The translations under genes and the position numbers were made by a program. The notes below the pieces were generated by a model, which saw nothing but the letters and a program-made list of their open reading frames with translations, did not search any database and was not told the DNA's origin. 64,000 bases of DNA, from assembly GCF_964355755.1 (NCBI RefSeq), contig NC_092670.1, positions 35,328,388-35,392,387 of the forward strand, in the 5' to 3' direction. How positions within the stretch are numbered: position 1 is the stretch's first letter; each line of letters begins with the position of its first letter. This DNA is from Antedon mediterranea. Its lineage: Eukaryota > Animalia > Echinodermata. Positions 26,501-39,545 of the stretch are shown here, piece by piece.

Positions 26501-29500
26501 TGAAACTTTTTTCCAATCATGATATCAGAAAACTATAGAAATAGTCTCAGTTCCCCAGACCGTGAATGTATTGTATCTTTCGAGTCTTGCATTTCATTGG
26601 TAAAACTGTTATCCGGGTCCCAAAATGATCTGTGAAATAACACACGACGTAAATGCACTTGTTGGTGTCTCAGTATCTGACTATTTAATGATAAGTCAAA
26701 TTCCTGAGACCCAACCTTAGATGCAAAGGAGGTCATGTGATACTCCACAGGTCTTTGAACTACATTTTATAGGGGTCTAATTTTTATAGGGGTCTAATTT
26801 CTGTGCTGCTTACAAAACCAAAAGTTGCGCGCATCATGACGTATGTACTTTGCGTTATAATGAACACGTGTTTGCGCAAACTCTGGTAATATTTGTACAG
26901 TACACTATGTAGAGCCGGTACAACGGTTTTAACACACTGAAAACCTAGGCCTACTGATTGTCTGGGTTTATAACATATGCCGCTTTGAGTCGTCGGCGTA
27001 CGATGCAAAGAACACGCACATCTGCATTGTGAAAAAATAGATTTCAATTATCTGAGATAGGCCTAAAAATATATGCAAATAAAATGAAACTATGGCCCAA
27101 TTTGTAAATAACATGCACCTTTCTTTTGACAGTCTTGGAAGAAAGCAACATAGGACATTTTCCCATCTGCCTTTTGTGAATGTTCCATTTCTTCACATCT
27201 GCCATGATCGAGTTCCGCCAAATGAAGCACATTTCCAAACAGTATACATTCAAAACACGCAGACAAGTAGTATTGAATTTCTAGCACAAATTACAATGAT
27301 TGAGTATAAATTTGCCTCTGGAGGTGTCATGCCTTCACAAAAACCATTATCCTGTCAGTTCCAGTACATTATCATTGATCTATTAACTTATAGTAAATTG
27401 CTATTAATTTTTTCAAAACACATTCCTATTGAGTAAAAGTATTGCTAAATGCGCAACAATGGTAAACACATTGTGGATACATCGTAAGAAACCCCATTTA
27501 TTTTGGTTGGCTTCGGGCGGAACTGTGGCGTTGGATCGACCAAATAACGTCCCAACCCTAAATCTCGCTATATTATTCGCAACGACGCCATTGGTAAACG
27601 GGGCGCCATTAAAAACAAAAGTAATGTCATACTCTATCCATCACTTACAAAATAGTGTTTGTTTCAGTAAACATCTTCCGACTTCTGACTCCAAGTACTG
27701 TAATAGATAAATAAAGGCTATATAACTATTTGAGGGCAATTATGTATGTGAGTATTATGAGTGCAGACAACGTACTATTTATATGTGAATTAGTGGCGTC
27801 TAGCTTCATGTTGACGCAATTGTAATATATTAGGTAAACCAGGAAAGAGTGAAATCACACTTCCTTAGATAAACGGTTCTCTCTATTTCAAAATATATGC
27901 GCACCGAACGCATTATTTTTTTACCATTTTAAGAAATCGTCAATATTTATTTTCTATGTTAAATAATTGCAAGATACCTGACATCTAACCTGCCAATATT
28001 TCCTTAATAAATAATGCCCACCGGATTCTTATTATAGAACACATACTGAATTTAGTAATTGCATGACAATTGGAAATAGGAATATTTGTATAGTTTACGT
28101 TACCTAACAACATTAAATGTTTGAGGCATCACCCAATGTTCATCCTTAAGATTTTTACGTTAGCGATCATTGTACCGTCATAATTTGTTTAAACTAGATT
28201 ATACAGTTATACAGTGTCTCACGTGTTGGCATTTTCTCAATTATTTTACTGTTCTTTTTTATTTTGTTTAAACTGTATATCAATCAAATTTGAATTTAAC
28301 GCATTACAATTGTTTAAAATACATATTACGTCCAAGCCGCAAGGTAAACGATATTCTCTTTTAACATCGGTTGAATGAAAAATCAAACGTCTACATCGTA
28401 TCAAATATACTGAATTATATATCAGAACGTGAAGAATCCCTTTAATTATCACTATCACATAACGCATGTATAATTCAAAGCTCTTCTTCAGATAAAATGT
28501 CTAAACTTTACAACGTTCTATAAAATCGATTTCCTAACGTCTGTTTACTCATTAGTCCAGTCAATCTAATGATATACCCACCACAAATTGCAATAGTAAC
28601 AAAGCAAGTATTTTTGAATTCCATATAAAGTGTAGAGCAACATACTAAAAGTCACCGAAAATCCAAGCATTGGGTCAAGGGGTCAGAGGTCAATAAAGGT
28701 CATTTTAATTCAAAATTAATATGCCCCATTAATTACATATATTTAACCATTTGAAATACATTATATACAAGTTTGATTTATGTCATCCGAAAGCTTATTA
28801 AATTTCCTATTCAGTGATATCAAACTTATAGTCATAAGATGTTATTTAGAATGTCATTTTTGCGGAAAAACACAACATAATGTGTCAATTTTGGCAAAAA
28901 ATGTTGTTTTAGCTGTAATCAACAATGGTATACACACAGGGATACCCTGGGGTGAACATTTCAGTCCAAAGCGATACACTAATGACCAGCTCAAGATGCA
29001 GATGAGTGACATCTCCGTTCCTGTTGCTTCTGGATGATCTACATTCCATTTTTTCCAGATGACATTTGTGTTGCCATGGTTACAGTATTTATATTGGGAT
29101 GTATAAGTATTTTAACGATTTTTTAACCAGTAGAAATACAAAGATGTTCAACAGCAGTTTGACAATGACCTCCATGTTGTATGACGTTCGGACCATCTGG
29201 ACTGGATTGAAAGGGTTTCTATGAGAAGCCTCAAAGAAAACCAGAGGTTTGGCAAGAGATATAGGAATGAGTACATCCAGACCAAATCTGCGCTGAAATG
29301 TATGTAATGCCTTGCAATAGTATCAGGGCGTTACTCCAGCAGCGGCCAACATAAGACCTAATGGCCAAACGTCAGGGACACAATGGCAATTGAAAAATAC
29401 ATTTGGTTACGACTCAGAGACTTCATACCATTGATACGGGAGTTACTGCAGGTGATTCGGAATATAAGCAATGTGGTATTAAGCATTAAATATTTTGGCC

Positions 29501-29569
29501 AGAAAGTCTTGCAATGTATTCAAGATCCTGGTAATCAAGTCATATGTACATACAGGCAAATATGTGTGC

Positions 29570-30750
29570 ATTGATCCTACAGTTCCAGAGGAGACTCGAG
29601 GTGACAACATGAACATGAACTTTGTTATCCACCAGCACTTTTTGAAACTACCAACTTACAATACTTTCAGCTAATAAACCAACATGATGCTATGTGGAAA
29701 CAACTTCTTCTGAATAGTCTAACACATCCAAATCACTGAATGATGTCCAGTAGGCCTACATTCTAGATGGTAGTGCTCTACTGCACAGCATTCCATGGAA
29801 TAGTGTAGAGATCTGTAAAAAATATTGCTCTGCCATCATAGTCTTTGATAATTATGAAAGCGGTTCATACACCAAAGACGGCGCACATGGTAAGGCGTGT
29901 CAGGTGGTAGTGTCCCTGTACATTTTACCAGTGACATGTTCCACAAAATTAGATCACTTTCTGTAACAAACAACAATTTATAAATCTTCGTAACTAGTAT
30001 TTGAACAACATGGCAATGAGTGAATGCAACTGCTGATGCAGATGTTCTTTCGGATAGTACAAAAAACCATTGAATCAGCAAACAGGAAAACATCTGTCAT
30101 TATCCGATGACACGGATCTACTAGTGCTCCTCTGCAATCAAGCATTTAAAACATCTTGTGATATTCTTTAGACTGGAACTGAGATGCTGGACTATCAAAC
30201 TGGTTCAAACAGTACTTTTGAGAGACATCTGTGATAACCTTCTGTTTGCTCATGCGATACTGGTGACACAACATCCAGAGTTTTCAGAATTGGCTCTAAA
30301 AAAAGCTTGTCATTGCACTTATTTCTTACATTATGCTGTAGTCTTCAGATGCAAACAAGCTACAAAGGATGACATTGTGATTGCTAGAGAAAATGATTTA
30401 GTGTGTCTGTACAATGGACGACCTGGAAAACGTGGAATGCCTTTGACTCCATCCCATCTACAAGTACAACCTCGCATATCGCCAACTTCATAATCGTACC
30501 ACAACCAAGGTACTTAACATCATGTTCAAGTTCAAGTTATCTTTTAGCAATGGAGTGGGGTTGATATGTGTACCGAGGATTGGGGATGGAAGATCAGATG
30601 ATGGAAACATGGTTCCTCTACACACAGACTTAAAGCCAGCACCTGAGTATCTCCTTGAAGCATTCAGGGGTAACTAGAACTACATGTGGTGAATGCAATG
30701 GCATTTCACTGTACTAATACCCGAACAAGAAAGTGATACTGATGACATAT
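29570..30750 (+). pseudogene. Frameshifted Academ protein remnant (XPG-like nuclease + Cys-rich region)
   Basis: Fragments YPPALFE, YILDGSALLHSIPW, IVFDNY..TKD, ADADVL, DDTDLLVLL, LLFAHAIL..DTTSRVF, EDWGWK, PAPEYLL, CGEC. Confidence 0.8.
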
Positions 30751-30789
30751 AAGTTGTGAGTCCTTTTCTATTTGAAGGATTAAAGAATA

Positions 30790-31615
30790 TCATCCCACAC
30801 GGAGCAATTCAAATAAAAAGGTCTGGATTAAAATGATCCTACAAAATATACAAAAATATCACAATACACAGTACAATATAACAAGAGTCAAAGTTCGAGA
30901 AGAGTCGGATGGCAACTGGCAAAAACGAATTTCTTTTCCGGTTTGTTCTACATGCATCGAAAGCGACACCCATGAGGCATAAGCTCGAAATCACTGAACA
31001 AGGCATGGTTAACATTTTTTAGAATAGCTCTACTTTTTTCTAGAGTTTGCATGTCACAGAAGGAAGATAAGCTACAAAGTTGACAACCTATTAATTTAGA
31101 ACTTAAGTTAACAATTCTTTGTAGTGAGTTTCTCTCTTTGACCCTAAGACTAAAAAACCAGCATATAAAGGAAAAAAGTTAAAACGTTCTTAATAAAGGA
31201 ATTATAAAAAAAACCTGAGAATTACTTTATCTATCGACATTAAAATGGTTCAGCTTCCTTAACAGATAAAGTCTCTGGTGTCCTTTCTTTACTATTCATG
31301 CCTCTGTATTTAATTCCCAGCTGAGAATGTCCTCAAATATAGTACCTAGGTATTTAAAGGAATGGACAATATCGCTGGTTCGTCATTTATGATGGATACC
31401 AGAGGGCTGCGTCCTTTCTCCTTCCTAAAATCTACAATCATGTCCTTGGTTTTGGTCACATTGGGTTCCAAGTAGAAGTTTCCACAAAATTGGATAAAAC
31501 AATCTAATGCGGAACCATGACCGTCCTGTGAATTTTGAAGGAGAGACAGCAAGACAGTGTCGTCAGCAAATTTGACAAGATGACTATTGTCCTGTTCTCT
31601 GCGACAGTCATCATT
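30790..31615 (-). mobile_element. Rex1/Babar-type LINE RT 3' fragment nested in the Academ element
   Basis: Minus strand HLVKFADDT, NVTKTKDMIVDFRK, FKYLGT and CRTNRKRNSFLPVAIRL; internally deleted. Confidence 0.85.
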
Positions 31616-31619
31616 CTTC

Positions 31620-32645
31620 TAGCTAGCATTATTTTTCCTATTTCATGATGATGCAATAGGTACAGGAAAAACATTATTTGCACCAAATATTACCAAAATA
31701 TAAATAAAATATATATAACCATAATTTAGTTTTACGTAAAAGGTCAATGACCTCTATAGTTACATAAAAACTGTTGTATCAATTAGTTTTTAGAGTAAGC
31801 AATACATATTATACACATTTGTAGTTATTTAGATGTTATTGGCAGGCATAAAATAATGTTACCTACTACTACACTACCTGTTGTTGATAACAATTTATCA
31901 TTATTATAGGATTATTTTTATTATTGTTATTATTATTTATTTATTTATTATAAGTGCATAATTAATTCAAAATACTTAACATCATTTTTCCTAATTCATA
32001 TGACGATAGGTACAGAAAAAACACAAGTTACATCAAATGCATCGACAATTATGGAATAAGACATTGCATGTTAATAATTTTGTTAGGAAAAATTTGAGTT
32101 TTTGTAAAAGGTCAATAACCTTTTGACCTCTAGTTACGTATAACTGTTGTATTAATTGTTTTTTTAATGTATATTAGTAGGATATATATACTCTACACAT
32201 TGGTACTAAAGCTATTTAGATATGATTATAAAATAATAGATTATAGGCATAAACGCTACCCCCTACCCCAAAATTGTTTACATTACATTTGATCAAGAAT
32301 CAATTTCAATAAGAATAGTACATCATTACTTTTAAAATTCTTCTAGTTAACATCATGTTTCCTATTTTATATATCGATAGGTACAGAAAAAACACAATTT
32401 TGATTAAAATGCATCCACAATTATGGCATACGATATTGCAGTTAATCATTTTTTTAAGGAAAAAATGATTTTTTGTAAAAGGTCAATAACCCTTTGACCT
32501 CTAGTTATATAAATAAGTGTTGTATTTTGTTTTTTTAAATTGCATTTTAGAAAGAAATATATATTCTACACATTGATATCAAGATTATTGAGATTGGATT
32601 TAATAAACCCACAAGTTATGGGCATAAATGTTACCCCTACCCCAA
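31620..32645. repeat. Three diverged ~360-bp direct repeats inside the Academ right arm
   Basis: Recurring ataggtacag(g/a)aaaaca and aaaaggtcaat..gacctcta blocks at ~31655, ~32005, ~32375. Confidence 0.75.
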
Positions 32646-33295
32646 AAATATTGATGGAATAAAATCACTATATAGTTGTTGAGATTACGTAAAAAATAAT
32701 GTGTTCCAATGCTTCAATTTTCGGTGACTTTTAATATGTCATTCTAAACTACATTTGGAATGAAAAAATCAATGTTTCGTTACTATTGCAATTTGTGGTG
32801 GGTTTACCTCTAAATATCACTAGATTGACTGGACTACATGGGATGCCTTCTGCTGTAAACACAATATTAAATATAATGCACAAGTACAATATTAAAAAAA
32901 TGTGTAAAATCCTATTTTCCCCCTACGTTTAAGTCAACAGAAGTGCAAATATACATCGTTGATATATTTATTTGATAGGTACAATGGTTAAACCTAAACG
33001 TCACATGTTTCTTGGTAACAATTGGTAAGGATATCAACACGTAATTAGTATAATTTCAACATTTTGGAAGATATCAAATTTAGTTTACGTAAAACATAAA
33101 GAATAAAGCAGATAATGAACCTACATACGTTTAGTAAACAAACCTTCCTACACTAATATGAAAATCGAGTATAGTTTACTTCAATATGAAAAAAATACAA
33201 GATAATATGTATATCCACGATTCTATAAACTACGATATTAATTTGATTGTATTGGTTTTCCAGCGGCACTTTTAGACCTTATTATTTACTCGTTT

Positions 33296-34272
33296 ACATT
33301 GGTTCGTATCCACCAAAGTTGGCGATAACTGCCAAAGTTACCGGGGTAAATAACTAAGCAGTGAGTGAGTGGCCGAGCGGTTAAGACAGTGGAACCGTAA
33401 TTACGTAGCCATAACATCGGCAAGGGTTCGAGGCTCACTCGAGTCTTCTCGGATAAGGACTATAAACCGTAGGTCCAGTGTACACAACTAGCTCGTGTGC
33501 ACTTTAAAGAACCCAGTACATCTTTCGAGACAAGTAGGGGGTTACCCCGGTGTATTAGTACATCACAGCCACTGATCACCAACAGGGTCCTCTGGGAGAT
33601 CAGTCTTTGACTGAAGAGGTCACCCAGTATAAAAATGAACAAACAAACAAGCAGTGATGGTTCGTACCCACCGAAGCTAGCGATAACTACCCAACTTACC
33701 CGGGTAAATAACTAATCATGATGGTTCGTATACTTAGCAATAACTGCCCAACTTATCCAGGTAAATAACTAAGACTGTGGGTTCGTACCCACTAAAGTTA
33801 GCGATAACTGTCCAACTTAAACGGTTAAATAACTAAGCATCATGGTTCGTGTCAACCACCAAAGTTAGCGATAACTTTCTAACTTAACCGGGTAAAATAA
33901 CTAAGACTGATGGTTCGTACCCACCAAGGTTAGCGATAAATGTCCAACTTAACTGGGTAAATAAGTAAGCATGATGGTTCATATCCACCAAAGTTAGCGA
34001 TAACTTCCCAACTTACCCGGGTAAATAACTAAGCATGATTGTTCATACTCACCAAACTTAGCGATAACTGCCCAACTTACCCGGATAAATAACTAAGCAT
34101 GATTGTTCATACTCACCAAACTTAGCGATAACTGCCCAACTTACCCGGATAAATAACTAAGCATGATGGTTCGTATACCCACCAAAGTTAGCGATAACTG
34201 CTCAACTAACCCGTGTAAATAACTAAGTCTGAGGGTTCGTACCCACTAAATACTCAACCTACCCGGGTGAAT
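33296..34272. repeat. 64-bp satellite, ~11 copies, interrupted by a SINE after the first unit
   Basis: Unit gatggttcgtacccaccaaagttagcgataactgcccaacttacccgggtaaataactaagcat. Confidence 0.95.
33365..33648 (+). mobile_element. Full-length tRNA-derived SINE (Deu/Nin-domain-like body, (AAAC)n tail)
   Basis: A box TGGCCGAGCGG, B box GGTTCGAGGC; body ttctcggataaggactataaaccgtaggtcc..gcactttaaagaaccc; 9-bp TSD aagcagtga (33356-33364 / 33649-33657). Confidence 0.9.
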
Positions 34273-34899
34273 AAATGAGCTGGCCATAAGTCTCTTGGTT
34301 GGCCAAAAAACTTTGCTTCAAAAATATATTCCGGTAAATTCAAAATCTCTTTTCAATTTAAGACCATCGAACTGATTGGTCTTGTAAGGAGAATTTAATG
34401 ACGACTTGTTGAAAATAGCAAAATGGAAATAGGTTTTTCATTTTGACCCGGCAGTAATTTTATGGAGATAATAATCCTTTCTAGATTAATATCATTTGTA
34501 GGTTAATCCGTATTTCTAGTCCCAACAGACGAAGGTAGCGACACGTCTCCATGGTAATGCGTTGATATTACCAGGCAATCAAATCGTACATTATTTTAGC
34601 TACACTTTCAATGGGTTGTTGGTACTATCAAATCCCATGTGTGTTAATGCTATAGGTCGTTTGGCGATAAGTGTTTTTCTGTCATCGGTCCTAGATTGTG
34701 GAATAACTTACCATCTTATATTCGTGAAGCCCCAAATGTGCAATATTTCAAGAAAATGTTAAAAACCTATCTCTTTCCTAAATAATGTTAATGAAATTAT
34801 TACGGTAACTTTTTGTAGGCCTATAGGCCCTCAAAGTTTATATATATATATATATTTTTGTATTTTCATTCCATTTTCTATTTTTTGTTTTTTTGTAAG

Positions 34900-34980
34900 T
34901 TTTGTTGAGTATATAGTATTTTCTATTATACAGCGCTTTGGTCACTTGGAAAAGCGCTATATAAATCCAAAATTAAATTT
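34900..34980 (+). mobile_element. L2-type LINE/SINE 3' tail remnant
   Basis: agcgcttt...aaagcgctatataaat terminal stem-loop. Confidence 0.5.
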
Positions 34981-35517
34981 AAAAAAAATATACCACAAAA
35001 GGGGGTATGATACATCTTTGATTCATTTTTTGTCTGTACCCATGTCTCATGAGGCGCCCTCTGCTAAGTTTTTGCTGAAAGTTTTCGGTAAATGTTAGCG
35101 TTGAAATATAGTTGATTGAGTTTTGTGAAAATGTGATTAAATCGTAGATTCTTTTGGAAACTGTGGTTTCAGAGGATGTCACAATACTTATCGTTTTAGA
35201 CTAGCCTTAGTGGATTATCATTCGTGGCCAGGTGGTCTCGAATCGCGGCGGCCACACTATAAACATTCGCTGCGCCATGACCAAAAACAGTTGGGTTAGG
35301 AGTTAACGTTGGGATGTGTATGATTAGACTTGCCCCAAGTCTGTTTATTATCTTTTTTATGTTAGTCCACCAGTCGGCTTTTTATTTCAATTTTTATTTT
35401 ATTTCGATTTTTAAGTAGTATACATATGAAATGCCATATGCGCCAAAATATTTTTTTGAAAACTAATATTAAGTCAAAACTCCGTCTAGAATAAAGACTA
35501 GTGCATAATGTGTATAC

Positions 35518-35585
35518 TTCTGGTACCCAATACATGCCTCACCCGATCCATTCTGGTACCCAATACATGCCTCACCCGATCCATT
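35518..35585. repeat. 33-bp perfect tandem duplication
   Basis: ttctggtacccaatacatgcctcacccgatcca x2. Confidence 0.95.
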
Positions 35586-35995
35586 GATAGGTTAATGGAT
35601 GTTGAATCACATGTTTAATATTCATAGTGTGCTATATCCTCGGGGGACAAACTATTTTCTATTGAATTTCTAACTTTCATGAGAGACCTCAAATGATAAC
35701 TTGGTCATTCATCTTCAGACACATTTTGCATAATGTTGTTAAGGTAGAATTACATTTAAAGGTGTTATTTCTTCTAAACCATTATTCTAAACATATTGTC
35801 ATATTTGCTAATTACTAAAGTACATCATTTTAAATACATTGTCATTATATATAAACATACGATGTATCCAGATGTAATTGTGTATTTTAATTGATGTTAA
35901 ATGTTAACACACTTTCAACAGGGAGTAACACTGTCAACTTCAAGTGTTTACTAAAATAAATTTTACCAATCTGTATTATTTACGTTAAACCAGTA

Positions 35996-36120
35996 AAGCT
36001 TGGTTTCCACTTGTTACGTAACGCAACGCGACCTACGTCGTCGGTTCCCACTTGTGATTACGCAATACATCACTTTGCGTCAATACGTCGCTGCGCTGCG
36101 TTCTAGTGGGAACCACGCTT
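35996..36120. mobile_element. MITE of the aagcttggttcccact...agtgggaaccacgctt family; relatives ~5272-5567, ~7068-7180, ~40760-40925, 54403-54771
   Basis: TIRs and internal (aacgc)n / cgtgattggt motifs shared between copies. Confidence 0.7.
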
Positions 36121-36619
36121 ACTAGATACGTAACCAGATGAAAACATTTTTTGAAAACTTTACGAATGATTGGTATAGCGACGCTTTCAAATTGGTACAG
36201 AGTCAGAACTAATATTTGAATCCGGGACCTGGGAATAAAGATCAAGAATAATTTCTTCCTCTTTAACGTATTCATAATATTGTTCGATTGAACAGTATTT
36301 TTTTCTGTGTGACAGCGACGAAATGAATATTTCTTTCTTTCTTCAGACTATTGTATACATAATAAATTATCATAATTGCTATAGTGAAATTCTGTAGGAT
36401 TAAATATATATAACAACTGCGGTGTAAATTTTAGCCTGGTGTCATTTTAAAATATTTATTAACATAATTATTTTTGTTAATATATTAAATTGATATAGGC
36501 CTATATGTAGAAAATATGATTCAAATGAATATTATTAACAGACTATAAAAATTAAAATTGCATTGAACAATACTACGATTGTAATTCGAACACTTCTGCG
36601 CACAAATACTGAGCATCAT

Positions 36620-36955
36620 TTTTAACCAATAACAAACTTGGCGATTAAATGAGACGTGTTATGTAAATTACAGTCAGGCGGAGACATACAGTTTTAACTG
36701 TTCATTTGAACAGCGTATTTACTCGAAGTCGAGTTCATCTATAGGCCCCCCAAAGGCTAAGATTAAACAATTGGATTTGTAACTTTTAGGCCATCCATCG
36801 TTTGTAGACGTTGATTTAAATTGCGATAATTTATTCTCAGACAGGCTAGGCCGGAATTTTCCACTTCAATTTGTATCCGTTTCGTCTGTATTGTATTTCA
36901 TGAAAACTATGATAAATCTTGTACTCGTTTGAAACGTTGTATTTTTTTTACAAAG
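36620..36955 (+). promoter_or_regulatory. Candidate promoter and non-coding first exon of the GPCR gene
   Basis: CCAAT 36626, GACGTG then GTTATGTAA (PAR-bZIP D-box) 36658-36666, and a consensus donor AAG|GTAAGT after 36955, 2.6 kb upstream of the ATG exon. Confidence 0.4.
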
Positions 36956-37264
36956 GTAAGTGTTTTTATGTTTTAAATATTAATTAGATAAAAGTTGTGA
37001 AATATTTGTTTATGTTTTAATTATTAATGATCTGAAAGTTGTGAAATATATAATTTCATAAGAAACAAGGCCATATACATGGCTGCAGTCGCGTACTCAA
37101 ATTTTAGTTTGTGTTTAACGACCAACCGACCGACATAGTGAGCTGCAGAGTCGCATGAAAAAAAAGAATGTGACGTTAGTGTGTTCTTTGATGTTAATGT
37201 GTATGCTTCTGAAGCTTGTAACAAATAATAAATGAAATCATTGTTAGCAACATAATTACTGGTC

Positions 37265-37995
37265 ACTGTGACTAAACTGGTAATGTGACTAAACTGGTAA
37301 TGTGACTAAACTGGTAATGTGACTAAACTGGTAATGTGACTAAACTGGTAATGTGACTAAACTGGTAATGTGACTAAACTGGTAATGTTTCAGTTTTCAG
37401 TTTCAGTTTCAATTTTTATTTTCCAATATAAACAAGTGTTATGAATATATGCAAAAATGGAAGAATGACCAAAAAAGAGCAAAGCTCGTACAGTATTTGG
37501 CCACCTTAACAAAATAATTAATACATGATACAAACATAATTGAAGCACAGGACGAGACAATACTAGCTAAACATGTTGGAATATGAACTCAAAGATAGTG
37601 CGATAAAACCAAAAAAAGCAAAAGAATAATGTAAATGTAAACATATTTGTAACACTCATTGATAAGTTAAGAGTAAATTATTTTTATACAACTTTTTATA
37701 TACTTTGACAGATGATGAATTACGAATAGAAGCATCAATACTGTGACTAAACTGGTAATGTGACTAAGTGGTAATGTGACTAAACTTGTAATGTGACTAA
37801 ACTGGTAATGTGACTAAACTGGTAATGTGACTAAACTGGTAATGTGACTAAACTTGTAATGTGACTAAACTGGTAATGTGACTAAACTGGTAATGTGACT
37901 AAACTGGTAATGTGACTAAACTGGTAATGTGACTAAACTGGTAATGTGACTAAACTGGTAATGTGACTAAACTGGTAATATGACTAAACTGGTAA
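37265..37995. repeat. 17-bp minisatellite (tgtgactaaactggtaa) in two blocks: 37265-37387 (~7 units) and 37740-37995 (~15 units)
   Basis: Near-perfect tandem units. Confidence 0.97.
37388..37739 (-). mobile_element. CR1/L2-group LINE 3' end between the two 17-bp arrays
   Basis: Minus strand IDASIRNSSSVKVYKKLYKNNLLLTYQ* then 3' UTR, AATAAA and (ctgaaa)n tail. Confidence 0.75.
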
Positions 37996-39339
37996 ACTGT
38001 AAACAATAGTATTTAACTGCATAATTAGACACCTGCATGCTATGACGGTTATTTATCTTTTTAAAAGATTATTTCATACGCATCCAACAGCGAGCAACTC
38101 GGCAATTACAGGTTGGATAGACTAATTCATAATTTGACGTGCTTGTTATTTGAGTCTTGGGGTAGAGTAGATAAAGCTGTTAGTTACCTTGGTACTAAGT
38201 CAGGTTTGAACCATGAAATTCACAACAGGCAATCGACAATAAGAGAAAGCACCAAAAAAATAACAGAAAATAACCCTTAAACAACCGAACAAAGTAGTAC
38301 TGTTACTGTAGTTTTCATAGTTTAAACATTTTGTTCATAGTTTAATAGATAATTTTAAATTTAATATCGAAGAAAAATAAAATAATTTCTTAATTTGATT
38401 TTGTAAGAAAAGGTAGTGCATCTTAAACACAGGGTTCCCAGAAAATACTGTAAACGTATGCCGTACACACTTTGACGTAATGTAACGCAATAGATTCACC
38501 CAAACTGTGTGTTGTGCCTACATCAACGTAATTCAATTTAACTCAGATCTTCTCAGTTTATAAAGCTATACATAAATCAACAGATAAAGTCAATTGAGCT
38601 GAAAAGCTAATGTCAGTCGTTGGCTATCAAGTTTGTGGAACATGAGATAATTAACAAGTGTAGTGCAGAGGTATAAGTCGTCCATACTTTAATCTGTACC
38701 GTCGGCTTTACGTTTTTTTAACTTTAATTCTGACAAATCCATCGCCTTTAGTTCAACATTTAAAATAATACCTTATAATTCTCAATAGAATGTTAATTAT
38801 CTTTCCTTAATCTTCAATGTTTTTTCATATGTATATGGTTTATCATATGATAATTGATAATACATGTATTTTTTTAACACGCATGAAGAAATCTTTGGTG
38901 ACATTAGACCTTTATTATTGGCCCTTATTTGTCAATTTCCAAAATAATTAGTATTTTGTCCTTCTACTTATGGTTATTCGTCCATTTTATTAATTCACGT
39001 ATACAGTACACCAGTGCAAACTATCTGCAAATAATACATGTTATGCTACAAGCATCTTCGTTGTGCTTGCTATTTTACGTCATACGTCATATCCCGCGTT
39101 TAAAACAAATATAAGACGTTTCAATAACAATATTTTCCCTGAAATTGTCCTCATTCATTTATTTATATTTCTGTATGCTTTTAAATGCTTATTTCCACCC
39201 ACAGATTTAATTGGACGTCAGAAGAACACGAAATTTCTAAAAAGAATTGTGATTGGTTGTCTTAAAGTTTGCATGTTTATATGAATTGGTTAGCTCAGAA
39301 ACGTCGCAACTTAGTTTACGTCGAAGTTTGAAAATTCAC

Positions 39340-39480
39340 TCATCTAGGCCTATTGGATTTCAATTGGTCATGTGAGAGCCTGTTATTGTTAGACTGGATT
39401 TGATTGGTCATCTGAGAGCCTGCTATTTTTAGACTGGATTTGATTGGTTGTTTGAGAGTCTTCTATTAATTATTGGTCGT
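39340..39480 (+). promoter_or_regulatory. Three ~40-bp tandem units each carrying a reverse CCAAT box (ATTGG), just upstream of the ATG exon
   Basis: tggatttgattggtcatctgagagcctgctatttttagac-like units; further ATTGG at ~39210, 39252, 39284, 39472. Confidence 0.45.
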
Positions 39481-39545
39481 ACAGTATATGACGGGACAGT
39501 TACCTAAACGTACATTGAGTAGAAAAGTATAAATACAACTTTAAA

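Larger units (their letters stand above)
28553..32836 (+). mobile_element. Decayed Academ (AcademX-type) DNA transposon
   Basis: TAG...CTA termini, ~120-bp imperfect TIRs, 3-bp TSD CAT; internal XPG/PIN-like and Cys-rich coding remnants. Confidence 0.85.

Noticed and set aside
26533-27710. Cluster of short ORFs on both strands
   Set aside because: No recognisable domain or consistent splice chain; possibly old transposon debris that I cannot assign
33296-34272. 64-bp periodic array as CRISPR repeat+spacer
   Set aside because: The whole unit is repeated; there is no variable spacer
39528-39535. TATAAATA as the TATA box of the GPCR gene
   Set aside because: Only ~18 nt before the ATG, so transcription would start downstream of the start codon
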